In this document: positions 46,446 through 58,524 of the stretch, one piece after another
Numbering within the stretch: the stretch's first letter is position 1
How the letters are laid out: every line of letters starts with the position of its first letter
DNA from: Sandaracinaceae bacterium
Lineage (GTDB): Bacteria; Myxococcota_A; Polyangia; Polyangiales; JADJQN01
Direction: 5' to 3'
Length of the DNA: 64,000 nucleotides
Assembly: GCA_016712745.1 (NCBI GenBank)
Contig: JADJQN010000001.1
Location: 1,879,086-1,943,085 of the forward strand
Notes under the pieces: model-generated
Seen by the model: the letters and a program-made list of their open reading frames with translations, nothing else
Database searches by the model: none
Told to the model about the DNA's origin: nothing
Made by a program: the position numbers and the translations under genes

Positions 46446-48806
46446 TCAACTCGAACCGCGGTCCGGGGGCGGCGGAGGCCGGGAAATCGTCGTGCTCGTC
46501 GCAGGATCGTTGCTTGGCTCCACGGTCAGTGTATCCACCTCATGCGTCGGTCGATTGCGCACCGGGCGAACAACGAATGGACGATCACGACGCGCTTTGG
46601 CGTCGGCCTGCTCGGCAATGCCCTTTGCGGTTTCGAGGAAGCGCTTCTGACACCGGGTATGCACTTCGTTCGGGCCGACGGGCAAGTGCACGTACGTGCC
46701 TTCGGAGGTCAAACGCGATGCTTTCACGTTGTCTTCGAGTTGCGAGCCCAAGATCTCTTGGCTGATGCGTGCCTTCAATCGCTCGTCTTCGATGGGAAAC
46801 ATCACTTCGATGCGGCGTTGAAAGTTGCGCGGCATCCAGTCTGCGCTCGAGGCGAAAACATCGTGTTCCCCGCCAGCCTCAAAGAAGAAGAGGCGCGCGT
46901 GTTCCAGAAAACGATCCACGATACTCGTCACGCGAATGCGTTCGCTGACGCCCGAAAGGCCGGGCCGTAGACAGCAAATGCCGCGCACGATGAGATCGAT
47001 CTCGACCCCGGCGTTCGACGCCCGATAGAGCGCCATGATGACGTCCGGGTCGACGAGCGAGTTCATCTTGGCAACGATGCGTGCCTTCTTCCCGGCACGT
47101 GCAAACGCTGCCTCGCGCTCGATCAGGCCCAAGATCCGCTCATGCAAACCGAGCGGTGCAATCGTCAACTTGCGCCAGGTCGGCGGCGCCGTGCAGGAGG
47201 TCAGTAGATTGAACAGCGAAGTCGCGTCTTCGCCGAACTCCGGACGCGCCGTGAAAAAGCTCATGTCGGTGTAGAGACGCGCGGTCGATGGATTGTAGTT
47301 GCCTGTGCCAAGGTGCACATAGCGTCGAAGGTGATCTCCTTCACGGCGAACGATGAGCGCGACCTTCGCGTGCGTCTTCAAACCGACCAAGCCGTAGACG
47401 ACGTGCACGCCCGCTTCTTCGAGCTTGCGCGCCCAAATGATGTTGTTCTCTTCATCGAAGCGCGCCTTGATCTCAACAAGCGCTGTAACTTGCTTGCCAT
47501 TCTCGGCCGCGCGTACCAGCGCTTTAACGATCGGGCTGTCGCCGCTCGTGCGATAGAGAGTCTGCTTGATAGCAAGGACATGCGGATCGAGGGCCGCCCG
47601 CTCCACGAATTGCACCACCGGATCGAACGACTCGTAGGGGTGATGCATGAGAAGGTCTTCGCGCGCCATCACATCGAAGATGTTCTCGTCGTCGCGCAAC
47701 TGCGAGATGACCTGCGGCGTGAAGGGCTCGTCGCGCAGAGCCTTGTTGCCTTCCAGTGGCTCGGCCATTGCTGCCAAATCCACCAGGTTTTGCGGGCCAT
47801 CAATCGCGAACACAAACTCGGATGAGATGCCGATAGCCTCGCGCAGCATGTCGACCGCTGCCGGCGCCATACTCTGCTCGACCGTTAAGCGAACGGCAGC
47901 TCCTCGATCGCGGCGGCGCACTTCGGCTTGCACGCTCTCGAGCAAATCTTCAGCTTCTTCCTCATCGACGGAGAGATCGAAGTTGCGCACGACGCGGAAA
48001 GTCCACGCGCCCAGGCAACGGAATCCGGGGAAGAGGTCACCGATGTAGATCGCGATAATCTGATCGAGTAGGACGAAGGTCGCGCTGCCGTCGGTCGACG
48101 GCACCTGCACCAAGCGACGAAGCACGCTGGGAACCTGCACAACGGCGAACGCCGGCGCGACGTCGCTGCGACGCGAGCCGGAGAGCATCGCGATCAGGTT
48201 GAGGCTGCGATTTCGCAAGTGCGGGAATGGATGTCCCGGGTCAATCGCGAGAGGCGTGAGCACGGGCATGACTTGCGTGCGAAAGTGATGCTGAATGAAC
48301 GCTCGCCCCTGCGTGTCGAGCTCATGCACCTGCATCAAGCGAACACCGTGCGCTGCAAGCTCTGGTAAAAGCTCGTTTTGCAAGAGCGCCGACATATCGT
48401 CGAACATGCGTCGTGCGCGCGCCGAGATGGCGATGAGTTGGTCGGCTGCACGTAGACCGTCTGGGCCGACTTCTTGGACTTGGGAGGTGCGCTGACCAAT
48501 GAGACCTGCAACGCGCACCATGAAGAACTCATCGAGGTTCGCCGAAGCAATGGTCAAAAACTTCAAACGCTCGAGCAGTGGGACATCCGCGTGTTCCGCC
48601 TCATCGAGAACGCGCTGATTGAACTCGAGCCACGAAAGCTCCCGGTTGAAAAAGAGCGAAGGTTGGAGCTCGATCGGCGTCTCGTTTCCGTCGCGAAGGG
48701 AGGGCGTGATGGCCTCGCGCCCCGCATCGGCGCGGTCCTCCGGGTTGGAATTTGCGGCCGGCGTAACTGCGCCAAATCTCGTCGAAAATGAGTCGTCCAT
48801 GGTCAT
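46446..48806 (-). CDS. ppk: Polyphosphate kinase 1
   Basis: 786 aa. FFNRELSWLEFNQRVL, DEFFMVRVAG, HAKVALIVRREG, and two PLD-like HKD regions (THAK...; RFLEHARLFFF). Confidence 0.9.
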   Translation of the reverse strand: MTMDDSFSTRFGAVTPAANSNPEDRADAGREAITPSLRDGNETPIELQPSLFFNRELSWLEFNQRVLDEAEHADVPLLERLKFLTIASANLDEFFMVRVAGLIGQRTSQVQEVGPDGLRAADQLIAISARARRMFDDMSALLQNELLPELAAHGVRLMQVHELDTQGRAFIQHHFRTQVMPVLTPLAIDPGHPFPHLRNRSLNLIAMLSGSRRSDVAPAFAVVQVPSVLRRLVQVPSTDGSATFVLLDQIIAIYIGDLFPGFRCLGAWTFRVVRNFDLSVDEEEAEDLLESVQAEVRRRDRGAAVRLTVEQSMAPAAVDMLREAIGISSEFVFAIDGPQNLVDLAAMAEPLEGNKALRDEPFTPQVISQLRDDENIFDVMAREDLLMHHPYESFDPVVQFVERAALDPHVLAIKQTLYRTSGDSPIVKALVRAAENGKQVTALVEIKARFDEENNIIWARKLEEAGVHVVYGLVGLKTHAKVALIVRREGDHLRRYVHLGTGNYNPSTARLYTDMSFFTARPEFGEDATSLFNLLTSCTAPPTWRKLTIAPLGLHERILGLIEREAAFARAGKKARIVAKMNSLVDPDVIMALYRASNAGVEIDLIVRGICCLRPGLSGVSERIRVTSIVDRFLEHARLFFFEAGGEHDVFASSADWMPRNFQRRIEVMFPIEDERLKARISQEILGSQLEDNVKASRLTSEGTYVHLPVGPNEVHTRCQKRFLETAKGIAEQADAKARRDRPFVVRPVRNRPTHEVDTLTVEPSNDPATSTTISRPPPPPDRGSS

Positions 48807-48851
48807 GCGGGGTCGTCATCAATTGTCTGGGCCGGCCACACTCCCCGTCAA

Positions 48852-49409
48852 GTGACGGTTATGCATCCCCACAGCACGGAATGTCCGTATAGTGAAAGCG
48901 TGAATCCCTTGTCATTTGATGCGCGTACGGAAGAACGACGGGTTCGTTACCGGGACGTGCGCGAAAGTCTTCGTGCCCTTCTTCTTGGCGAATCCGACTG
49001 GATCGCCGCGATGGCGACGACCGCATGCGAGTTGCACCACGCGTTTGTCTACTTCGATTGGACTGGTTTTTATCGCGCGGTCGATGGCCAGACGCTCGTG
49101 CTCGGCCCTTACCAAGGAGGGCACGGTTGCTTACGCATCGAGCTAACGCGCGGGGTCTGTGGAGCGGCGGCTCGCACGCGCACGACGCAGCTCGTCGATG
49201 ACGTAAGCGCGCGCGAAGATCACATAGCGTGTTCGACGTCTACGCAATCGGAAATCGTCGTTCCCATCATCGCGCCGACGGGTCGCTTGCTCGCCGTGCT
49301 GGACGTCGACTCAAATACAAGGGCTGCATTCGGCGTGATCGACCGCGAGGAGCTCGAAGCAATCTGCTCGATGCTCGCAGCGCAGTTTGCGAACACCGCT
49401 CTCTTATAG
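48852..49409 (+). CDS. GAF-domain protein (free methionine-R-sulfoxide reductase-like)
   Basis: WTGFYRAVDGQTLVLGPYQGGHGCLRIELTRGVCGAAA...HIACSTSTQSEIVVPI. The start is GTG 48852 or ATG 48861. Confidence 0.7.
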   Translation: MTVMHPHSTECPYSESVNPLSFDARTEERRVRYRDVRESLRALLLGESDWIAAMATTACELHHAFVYFDWTGFYRAVDGQTLVLGPYQGGHGCLRIELTRGVCGAAARTRTTQLVDDVSAREDHIACSTSTQSEIVVPIIAPTGRLLAVLDVDSNTRAAFGVIDREELEAICSMLAAQFANTALL

Positions 49410-50729
49410 AGCGTGACGTGCTTTGATTTCCAAGTAACGATTGACCGTCGCTGCGGCAAGCTCTCCAGGCGGCGCCTCCACAACGCCTACGCCCTTCGAT
49501 GATAGCTCCGCCTTGATCTGCTCGCGGTCGTGCAACACGTCAATCGCCGCCGCACGTACGTATACGCCCTGGTCGTCGGTCACGGCAGCGTCGGCCATCT
49601 GGCGCGCGACGGGATCGTGCATCGTCACGCATACCGGTAGATGCTTGCGTTTGAGCAGTGCGGCGTTTTCGGCGAGAGGCTGCGCCTGGGCTTCGTCGAG
49701 CAAATCGCTGAAGAGCACGAGCAACGCGCGGCGTGGCATGCGCACTTGAATGAATTCCACCAGCCGTCGAAAGTCGACGTAGGTTGGACGCGCCTCTGTG
49801 CGATAGAGAGCATCTAGGATCTTCCGGTACTGGCCCGGCCCGCGCCCCGGCGCGACGAAGTGCTGCACCGAATCGGCGAACACGATAAGCCCAACGCGAT
49901 CCCCTTCGCGCAGCGCGACGTAGGCGAGCAGAAGGGCGGCATTGATCGCATGGTCGAGCTTGGTCAGGTCTGACAAGCGCGTGGCCATCATGCGGCCCGC
50001 ATCCACGGCCAGCATTACAATTTGGCTTTTTTCCTGCTGGTAGACGCGCGTAATTGGGCGCTGGCGCTTCGCCGTGCTCTTCCAGTCAAAATCTCGATAG
50101 GCGTCGCCGTGCACGTACTCGCGCAGCTGCTCAAACTCGCCGCCGCCCCCAACGCGCCGGACGTTGCGGTAACCCATGCTCCGCAAATCCCCTAGACGCG
50201 CCGCGAGCTCAAAGCGTCGTGGGCCAAGCACATTGGGAAAGACACGAGCGTCCGCACGCGCTGGCACTTGCACCATGAGCGCCCCAAGACCCACCGGCCC
50301 TTCGATACGCAGGTGAATATCACCGAACTCGAACTGACCGCGTCGTTCGGGCTTGACGCGGTAGGTCAACGTGCGGCGCGCAAAGGGAGGGAGCACTAGG
50401 TCCTGACGCTCAGGCGCAGGATGAAACTCTGCGGGAACTTCGTCTCGAACAGTCAAACGCACGCGCGCGCTCGAGCTATTGTGAAAATCGAGCGAGACCG
50501 TGTTCTCGATCCCAACCACCAAACGCCCCGTCGTACGTCGCGTCACGCGCGGGACGCGAGCATGCAACAAGCGCGATTCGATCAGCGCTCCAGCAAACAC
50601 CAGCGCGTCGAAAGCCAAGGCTGCCCCCAGACCGAGGCCCCCGCCCCCAAGCAAGGTCAGCGGCAACCCAAGCGCAGCAGCGGCTGCGAGGCGCCCTCCG
50701 GGCGTAAAATGCGCAGCGAGCTTGTTCAT
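49404..50729 (-). CDS. DUF58-domain protein (vWA-like), MoxR partner
   Basis: [31 protein letters not shown]-terminal TM segments. ATGA overlap with moxR. Confidence 0.8.
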   Translation of the reverse strand: MNKLAAHFTPGGRLAAAAALGLPLTLLGGGGLGLGAALAFDALVFAGALIESRLLHARVPRVTRRTTGRLVVGIENTVSLDFHNSSSARVRLTVRDEVPAEFHPAPERQDLVLPPFARRTLTYRVKPERRGQFEFGDIHLRIEGPVGLGALMVQVPARADARVFPNVLGPRRFELAARLGDLRSMGYRNVRRVGGGGEFEQLREYVHGDAYRDFDWKSTAKRQRPITRVYQQEKSQIVMLAVDAGRMMATRLSDLTKLDHAINAALLLAYVALREGDRVGLIVFADSVQHFVAPGRGPGQYRKILDALYRTEARPTYVDFRRLVEFIQVRMPRRALLVLFSDLLDEAQAQPLAENAALLKRKHLPVCVTMHDPVARQMADAAVTDDQGVYVRAAAIDVLHDREQIKAELSSKGVGVVEAPPGELAAATVNRYLEIKARHAL

Positions 50730-51676
50730 CTCGGGACAGGCACCGTTGCCGCAACGCGATTCAAGACCTCTTCAACCGAGAGGCCATCGAGCTCGACTTC
50801 AGGCGCGAGAGCCAAGCGATGGCCAAGCACGGCATGCATGATGCGCACGACATCGTCAGGCGTAACGAATGTGCGGCCATCAAGTGCGGCTATCCACCGC
50901 GACGCCACCATCAAATGCACGCCGGCGCGCGGTCCTGCGCCGAGCAAGATCATCGACGTATTTCGCGTAGCGCGTACCAAGTCGCGCACATACCCGCGGA
51001 CGCGTTCATCCACCAGCACGGCTTCGCCCATCTGCCGCACTTGGCGAATGGATTCGGCCGGAACGATGGCGCGCACTTGCTCGAGCGCTTGCGCGAACGA
51101 GCCGACGCCCGCAGTGCTCTGGGCCAAGATTCGATCTTCATCTTCGACACTCGGATAGCCGACGTGAATCTTCAACAAGAAGCGATCGAGCTGCGCTTCG
51201 GGAAGCGGATAGGTTCCTTCTTGCTCAACTGGGTTTTGCGTCGCGAACACCGTGAAATGCTCACTCAGTTGATGCCGCTGTCCGTCGAGACTCACTTGGC
51301 GCTCCTGCATCGCCTCCAAGAGCGCACTCTGCGTCTTGGCGGGCGCGCGATTGATTTCGTCGGCGAGCAAGAGCTCGGTGAAAATGGGGCCTTGAGTCAG
51401 GCGAAACTGCGTCGTCTTCAAATCGAAGATGTTGGTGCCGATCACATCGCTCGGCATGAGATCCGGAGTGAACTGAATGCGCCCGAACTTGAGCCCCATG
51501 GTGGAAGCAAGCGTACGCACCATCAGCGTCTTGGCCGTTCCGGGGACGCCTTCCAAAAGCGCGTGGCCTTGCGCAAAGAGCGCGATCATCAGGCCATCGA
51601 GTGCCTCGTCTTGGCCCACGATCACTTTGCGCGCTTCCGCCAATATCTGATCTCGAAGATTTCGAAGTTCTTGCAT
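50726..51676 (-). CDS. MoxR-family AAA+ ATPase
   Basis: [11 protein letters not shown] (Walker A), [23 protein letters not shown]. Confidence 0.9.
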   Translation of the reverse strand: MQELRNLRDQILAEARKVIVGQDEALDGLMIALFAQGHALLEGVPGTAKTLMVRTLASTMGLKFGRIQFTPDLMPSDVIGTNIFDLKTTQFRLTQGPIFTELLLADEINRAPAKTQSALLEAMQERQVSLDGQRHQLSEHFTVFATQNPVEQEGTYPLPEAQLDRFLLKIHVGYPSVEDEDRILAQSTAGVGSFAQALEQVRAIVPAESIRQVRQMGEAVLVDERVRGYVRDLVRATRNTSMILLGAGPRAGVHLMVASRWIAALDGRTFVTPDDVVRIMHAVLGHRLALAPEVELDGLSVEEVLNRVAATVPVPR

Positions 51677-51681
51677 TCTCG

Positions 51682-52902
51682 CTATCCCTTTGTCTGCACT
51701 TGATCGGTCGTGGCCATATGCACTGCGTGATCGATTTGCCGCGCTAGCTGCGTAAGGTTTGCGGTGGGCGCTGCGTTTTCGAGCGCTACCAGCGCGCGGG
51801 CCCCGTTGGCCGCCGAGGTGAGGCGCGCCTGCTCAAGCGCGCTCACGAGCGCACCAGCGCCGTGTTGCGTTGGCAACGCGTGATGCCGCGCGATCCTGCG
51901 AATCGCGTCGCGCACAAGAACTCGTAGCGCCGCGGCGCCATCTTTTGAGCTGCCGTAAAGCGCTCCGATTGCAGCGACATACGACGCCGTGCCGGCGGGA
52001 GGTGTTGCAAGCGGAGAGACGGGGCTGCCCATGCGAGCGGCCGCACGCATGAACGCAAAAAGCGCGATGACCAAGAGTTGCGCCACAACCGCGCCCAAGC
52101 CAAAGTCAGAAAGATATTTTACGTACGAGCGACGTTCGCCAACGCCAAGATGATACTCGTCGAAGTAGACTGGGCCCCGCGGAGCATACTGGTGAGCAAT
52201 ACGCGCAAAGAGTGGCGCCCCGTCTGCCTCGACGAGATCACGATTCTGAAAAATGCTAGCCGATGCCAACGCAATGACGGTCCCGCGACCGACCTGAAGG
52301 GAGACAGCCAGCGGCCCAGCGTCGCTGTTGAATAGAATGACTGGCGCCGTGCTCGCAGTGAAGGTGATTGCTTGAGGCTGCCTGAATCCCGCGGCACCGA
52401 GGCCATCAAAGAGTGGCGACGTCGAGCGCCCGAGCACAAGCTGCGCCGGAGCTGTAGATGGCGCCGCACTGGCGATGTCTGTTTGAGCGCCGGAGCCTGG
52501 GCCGGCCTCTGCGTAAGCGTGAATCTGCAAACCAAGATCCTCGGGCAGATAGTCGACCGGTCCCGCCACGACCAAAGTGCCACCGCCTTCCACAAAGCGG
52601 CGTAGCAGACGTTTCTCAGCGGCAGTCGGTTTCCGGCTTTCGATCGCGTCGGGTGCGGAAAGCGCAACGAGCATGCCGGTGCGCGGCAGTGCACCAAAAT
52701 CCTGGGTGAGTCGCACAGGTGAAAGCCGATCACGCTCGGCGAGGGAAAAGAGTCCGCGTGTTCCCGCTGGGCCAGCGCTGAGCGTCGAGCACGCAGTCGC
52801 GAATCGACCTCGCGCGGCAACGCGGGTGCACATGAATGCGCTCGCGCCCAGAGCAATCAGCAGGACAGCCGCCACCGCGACACGCTTGAGCCAAATGATC
52901 AT
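51682..52902 (-). CDS. DUF4350-like membrane-anchored protein
   Basis: [22 protein letters not shown] segment, plus its position in the MoxR operon. I trimmed to ATG 52902 (ATGA overlap). The family assignment is from memory of typical operon content. Confidence 0.5.
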   Translation of the reverse strand: MIIWLKRVAVAAVLLIALGASAFMCTRVAARGRFATACSTLSAGPAGTRGLFSLAERDRLSPVRLTQDFGALPRTGMLVALSAPDAIESRKPTAAEKRLLRRFVEGGGTLVVAGPVDYLPEDLGLQIHAYAEAGPGSGAQTDIASAAPSTAPAQLVLGRSTSPLFDGLGAAGFRQPQAITFTASTAPVILFNSDAGPLAVSLQVGRGTVIALASASIFQNRDLVEADGAPLFARIAHQYAPRGPVYFDEYHLGVGERRSYVKYLSDFGLGAVVAQLLVIALFAFMRAAARMGSPVSPLATPPAGTASYVAAIGALYGSSKDGAAALRVLVRDAIRRIARHHALPTQHGAGALVSALEQARLTSAANGARALVALENAAPTANLTQLARQIDHAVHMATTDQVQTKG

Positions 52903-54485
52903 GTCGCGCGCTCCGTCGCAGGGGCGCAGATGCGATCGGCAAGTGAACGGCACCGCACGTAGTCCTCTTCGGTGGTGGCCTCGTTCCCGTACCACTTCCA
53001 GTCGAACACCCGTGTAAACGTACCAAATAGATCGCGCGCCTCGTTCCGGGGCATCTGGCGCATGTACTGCCAGTTGGTCAGATGTGGATCAAAGGAGATC
53101 AGCCGACGTCGATCAAGGGCGACGAGTGTCGCGAGGTAGAGAGAGCGCAGCGCTTCGCGATAGAGGCCACGAGCCGCCAATTGCGCTGCTTCGTCGAGGA
53201 AAACGGTCGGCGCTTTCTCACGAATATCTGGAGCAGTGGCCACGTCAGCGGCGACCTCTTCGCTCAACTCTTTCTTTCGCGAACGGGCCAGGACAAGCGC
53301 GAGCGACACAATCAGAAGCAAGATGACGCCCAGCACGATAAAGATCTGTGCGCTCGGCAGTCCAAGGCCCGCGCCGGGCAGGCCGCCCCCGCCCGAGGCT
53401 GTCTCGTGGTCACCCTGGTTGAGCCAGCGCATGAGCCGGTCCCACCAACTCTCGCCTGGCTCGACGTGGTCCCGTGGTGCATCGGCAAACTCGCGGTACT
53501 CAGGCTGACTCAAGATGATCCCTGCGCTCGTGCGAGCTTCGGCATCGGCAGGATTGGTTTTGGGAAAGTCCTGCGCGCGCGCTGCCCCCGAAAGGCCCGC
53601 GAGAATCGACAACGCGACAACGACGAGCGTGCCCTGCGAAAGTGCCGTCTTCTTCGTCGTGTGCTGAACCGCAGCGTCAATGTTCGCCGTAAGATCGAGT
53701 CCTTCGCTAAGCGCGCGAGCTCCGACGAAATGAACGCACGACAAGCTCACGCGCAAGGGTTCGAGCAGAATGAGCGTGCCGCATGCCAGCACGATCATCA
53801 TAAAATCGTTGCGGCCCGAGAAAAAGCTTTCAACCATGGCGAGATCAAAGCCGAAGTAAGCGCGGCCCGCGTAAACGAAAAAACGAAGCAGGAGAAAGAA
53901 ATTTACGAAAAGGCCAAGGGCGCCGAAGTAGACGAAGAGCTCCGCGAAAGCACCTGTCGCGCGCTTGCGCGCGGAATCACGGAACGCACCGAGCCAGGTA
54001 GCGATTCCGCTCTCGTCGAGGACGCCGGTGCGCGCAATCCAGCTCGGCGCAAGTGCGCCTCGACCTGCGAGTAGAGGCAGAAGTAAGAACGCAAGCGGGG
54101 GCTCGACCCAACTCATGAAGACTAGCGGCCACAGCCAAAACCATAGACCGATGCCAAAGACGAGTGCGGCAAGAACAGTATTGCCCGCGGTTTGGCGGCT
54201 GCGTTTCATCTCCGGCGAAAGTAGCGCCACGGCGTCGGCGGCAACCTTCTTTAGAAGAAGCGCGCGCAAGCACCACGTAACCACCAACACGAACGCGAAG
54301 CCGAGGCGCGCGGTGCGCAACGACTCCACGCGCTCGAAGTAAAAGAGGACGATCAACGCGGCGCCCGGTAGCGCTGCGGCGGCCCACGCGCGCAATGCGG
54401 AGCGCGCTCCAAGCGTGCGCGCAGTCCGAATCGCTTCGTCGAGGAGGTCGACGGGACCTGTCCCGCGCATTTCCCGTACGCTCAT
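52899..54485 (-). CDS. Polytopic membrane protein with a DUF4129-like C-terminal domain
   Basis: Multiple TM segments. The C-terminus AAQLAARGLYREALRSLYLATLVALDRRRLISFDPHLTNWQYMRQ is typical of DUF4129. Confidence 0.55.
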   Translation of the reverse strand: MSVREMRGTGPVDLLDEAIRTARTLGARSALRAWAAAALPGAALIVLFYFERVESLRTARLGFAFVLVVTWCLRALLLKKVAADAVALLSPEMKRSRQTAGNTVLAALVFGIGLWFWLWPLVFMSWVEPPLAFLLLPLLAGRGALAPSWIARTGVLDESGIATWLGAFRDSARKRATGAFAELFVYFGALGLFVNFFLLLRFFVYAGRAYFGFDLAMVESFFSGRNDFMMIVLACGTLILLEPLRVSLSCVHFVGARALSEGLDLTANIDAAVQHTTKKTALSQGTLVVVALSILAGLSGAARAQDFPKTNPADAEARTSAGIILSQPEYREFADAPRDHVEPGESWWDRLMRWLNQGDHETASGGGGLPGAGLGLPSAQIFIVLGVILLLIVSLALVLARSRKKELSEEVAADVATAPDIREKAPTVFLDEAAQLAARGLYREALRSLYLATLVALDRRRLISFDPHLTNWQYMRQMPRNEARDLFGTFTRVFDWKWYGNEATTEEDYVRCRSLADRICAPATERAT

Positions 54486-54769
54486 GCCGCCTCTGGCAGA
54501 GCGGCTTCAAGCATGCCCCACGCCATCAACACAAATATGACTCCGACAAACAGCACCAGCGCCCAGGTGAGCGCCGGCACGAGCCGCGTTGCTGCCTCAG
54601 CGCCGCCGTCAGTTGGCTGGGCAAGCGCGGCCAGGCAATTCACGCAATAGTTGATGCCGTCGACCTTGGTAACGCACTCGCTGCAGACTTGTGCGCGGCA
54701 TCGAACGCAGATCCCCAGAGCCTCACGCCCCGGATGATTCTGGCAAGCCGCTGCGCTGAACACGTTCAC
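54482..54769 (-). CDS. B-box-type zinc-ribbon protein with a C-terminal TM segment
   Basis: CQNHPGREALGICVRCRAQVCSECVTKVDGINYCVNC, then the TM segment LTWALVLFVGVIFVLMAWGM. ATGA overlap with the downstream gene. Confidence 0.5.
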   Translation of the reverse strand: MNVFSAAACQNHPGREALGICVRCRAQVCSECVTKVDGINYCVNCLAALAQPTDGGAEAATRLVPALTWALVLFVGVIFVLMAWGMLEAALPEAA

Positions 54770-54832
54770 AGGAACCTTGTAGAAAAGGCGAGGAGCCGCG
54801 TCAAACCTATGCCGCGCAGCGCAGCTTAAGGT

Positions 54833-55714
54833 TCAGGGGCGGCCGCTCGGAAGCGGCTCCGTGCAAACGCCGGTACCAGGAGGCGAATAGGCATAGCTGC
54901 GGCACATCGTGCCTGGAAGGGCAGCGCAACTCGTGCTCACGGCGAGGTCGCAGATCTGAGCGCACTTCTTGACGCCAACCCCGGTGCACACTAGCTCGGG
55001 CGCACAGTCATTTGCGCGAACGCACGACTCACCCACCGCCGCCGCGCCTTGCGGACGGCAGTCTGTGTCACCCGTGCCCGACACGACGTAGCAAGCCTCT
55101 CCCGGATCACATGTGTCTTGCGTGAGCACGTCGCAGGGACGACTCACCGGCACGCAGCGCCCCCACGTCGAGGTGCCGCCACCCACCAACATAGACGGAG
55201 CGTCGCAACGCAACGAAGCTGTGCCGCAGGCAAAGGCGTCGCCGGCGCAGCACACACGTTCGCAGCGTCCGCCCGCTCGTGACGCGAAGCAGGCAAGCGT
55301 CGAGCTGCAATCGCCGTCGAGGACACATGCATCACCCTGGCGACCGCGTCCGACCATGGCCTCACAGATCGGTCCATCGTCCTCGAGGAGACAAGCGCTC
55401 GACATCGTCGGTGAACACTGGTTCGAGCTGCGCGGATCACACATAGGCGAGTAGCATGCGCTGGGCGTACCACTGTCGACACTGCCATCTGGCCCGACGC
55501 TGCCGTCAAGAGATACGGACATATCAGACTGCGTTGCGTCGATAGGCGCGCGATCGACGAAGAGCATGTCGCGCACGCCGCCGTCGGCCGTTTGTAAGTC
55601 GTAGCCCGCGCTGCAAGACGACACAATGAAAGACGCGAGTAAGAGTGCGAAAGGGGCTGTGGCGCGTTGCACCCCAGCATCCTCGCATTTCTTCGCGCGC
55701 ACCCTGAACTTCAC
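54833..55714 (-). CDS. Secreted Cys-rich (lipo)protein, paralogue of 55742..56551
   Basis: FALLLASFIVSSC lipobox-like signal, and more than 30 Cys in repeated C-x-C-rich modules. The start is uncertain. Confidence 0.5.
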   Translation of the reverse strand: MKFRVRAKKCEDAGVQRATAPFALLLASFIVSSCSAGYDLQTADGGVRDMLFVDRAPIDATQSDMSVSLDGSVGPDGSVDSGTPSACYSPMCDPRSSNQCSPTMSSACLLEDDGPICEAMVGRGRQGDACVLDGDCSSTLACFASRAGGRCERVCCAGDAFACGTASLRCDAPSMLVGGGTSTWGRCVPVSRPCDVLTQDTCDPGEACYVVSGTGDTDCRPQGAAAVGESCVRANDCAPELVCTGVGVKKCAQICDLAVSTSCAALPGTMCRSYAYSPPGTGVCTEPLPSGRP

Positions 55715-55741
55715 GACAACCTCAGTGCGGCCATGCCGCGA

Positions 55742-56551
55742 TCACGCGGGCGGACGGCAGACACCCAAGTTTGGCATGCCCGTAACAACGATGCCCGCGC
55801 ACACGGCAGGCGAAGCACACGACGTTGCGTCGGTCGTGTTGCAGAACTTGCGGCATAGCGCGTCGCCGGAATCGAGCTGCAAGCACTGAAGGCCAGTGGT
55901 GCACTGATCTGCCGCGATGTCGCATGTTGCGCCCTCTGCAAGCGTTCCTGCGCTGGTGTTGCGGCAAAGGCGGTCGCCAGAGTTTGTGATCAAATCGCAG
56001 GTTTCGCCGGTCGCGCAGCCCGATTGAGCAATGAGGTTGCAGTCGTCCGTCGGATCGCAGATGCCGATGCCCGTGCGGGCGCCACCCAAAGTGACCTCGC
56101 GCGCGCAAAGATAGCCGGTGCCGCATTCGCCTGCCGTCGAGCCCGTGCAGCACATGTGCAAGCACTGGCTTGAGATGCACATGAAGCCCGGCATGCAGCC
56201 CGTGTCGTCCGTGCACGCCGCCTCATGGCCGCCAGCACCCGCGCTGATACACGCAGTCGTTACGGGAAGTGCCGATGAGGTTACGCTGCAACGCTCCGCT
56301 GCCTCGCATCCGGTGTTGGCGATGAGATCGCACGTTGTCATCGGACAAATGCCGGTGGCAGGCCCTGCGTCAGTGCCGGGTCCCGAGTCGGTACCGGGCC
56401 CGCTATCAGTCGCAACACCAAGGTCAGTGCCGGGACCTGAATCTGCGCCGCCCCCGGCGTCGACATTCGCCGGTGGGTTATCGCCCCCGCACGCTGCAAG
56501 CAAGGTTGCGACACACATTCCGAACGCGATTTGTTTGAGTGACATCGTCAT
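55742..56551 (-). CDS. Secreted Cys-rich lipoprotein
   Basis: MTMSLKQIAFGMCVATLLAAC lipobox, a (GPGTD)n linker, and Cys-rich modules such as CDLIANTGCEAAERC and CNLIAQSGCATGETC. Confidence 0.55.
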   Translation of the reverse strand: MTMSLKQIAFGMCVATLLAACGGDNPPANVDAGGGADSGPGTDLGVATDSGPGTDSGPGTDAGPATGICPMTTCDLIANTGCEAAERCSVTSSALPVTTACISAGAGGHEAACTDDTGCMPGFMCISSQCLHMCCTGSTAGECGTGYLCAREVTLGGARTGIGICDPTDDCNLIAQSGCATGETCDLITNSGDRLCRNTSAGTLAEGATCDIAADQCTTGLQCLQLDSGDALCRKFCNTTDATSCASPAVCAGIVVTGMPNLGVCRPPA

Positions 56552-56688
56552 GGTCCCGACTCCTGGCGCGAAAGCGCGCGGAGTATAGCCAAATCGGATG
56601 CACGGGCCATGCCCTGCATATTCGAAGGAAACTACAGTCTATTTAGACGGCGAACCCAGGGTTTGCGGCGGCCGCTATGACAGGGATG

Positions 56689-58429
<1,741 letters not shown>

Positions 58430-58524
58430 CGCGAAGCGCGATCTTGCGGAGATCCGCGGTGCTGCCTGACCACCTCTCTACACACATGAAATGACTTCGC
58501 GATTTCGACGGTAGTGTCTCCACA

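Noticed and set aside
56560-56585. The hairpin CTCC-tg-GCGCG-aaag-CGCGC-GGAG downstream of pyrG as its terminator
   Set aside because: The stem is real (9 bp with a 2-nt bulge), but no U-tract follows on the transcribed strand and it sits only about 10-20 nt upstream of the next gene's start codon. Its function is undetermined.
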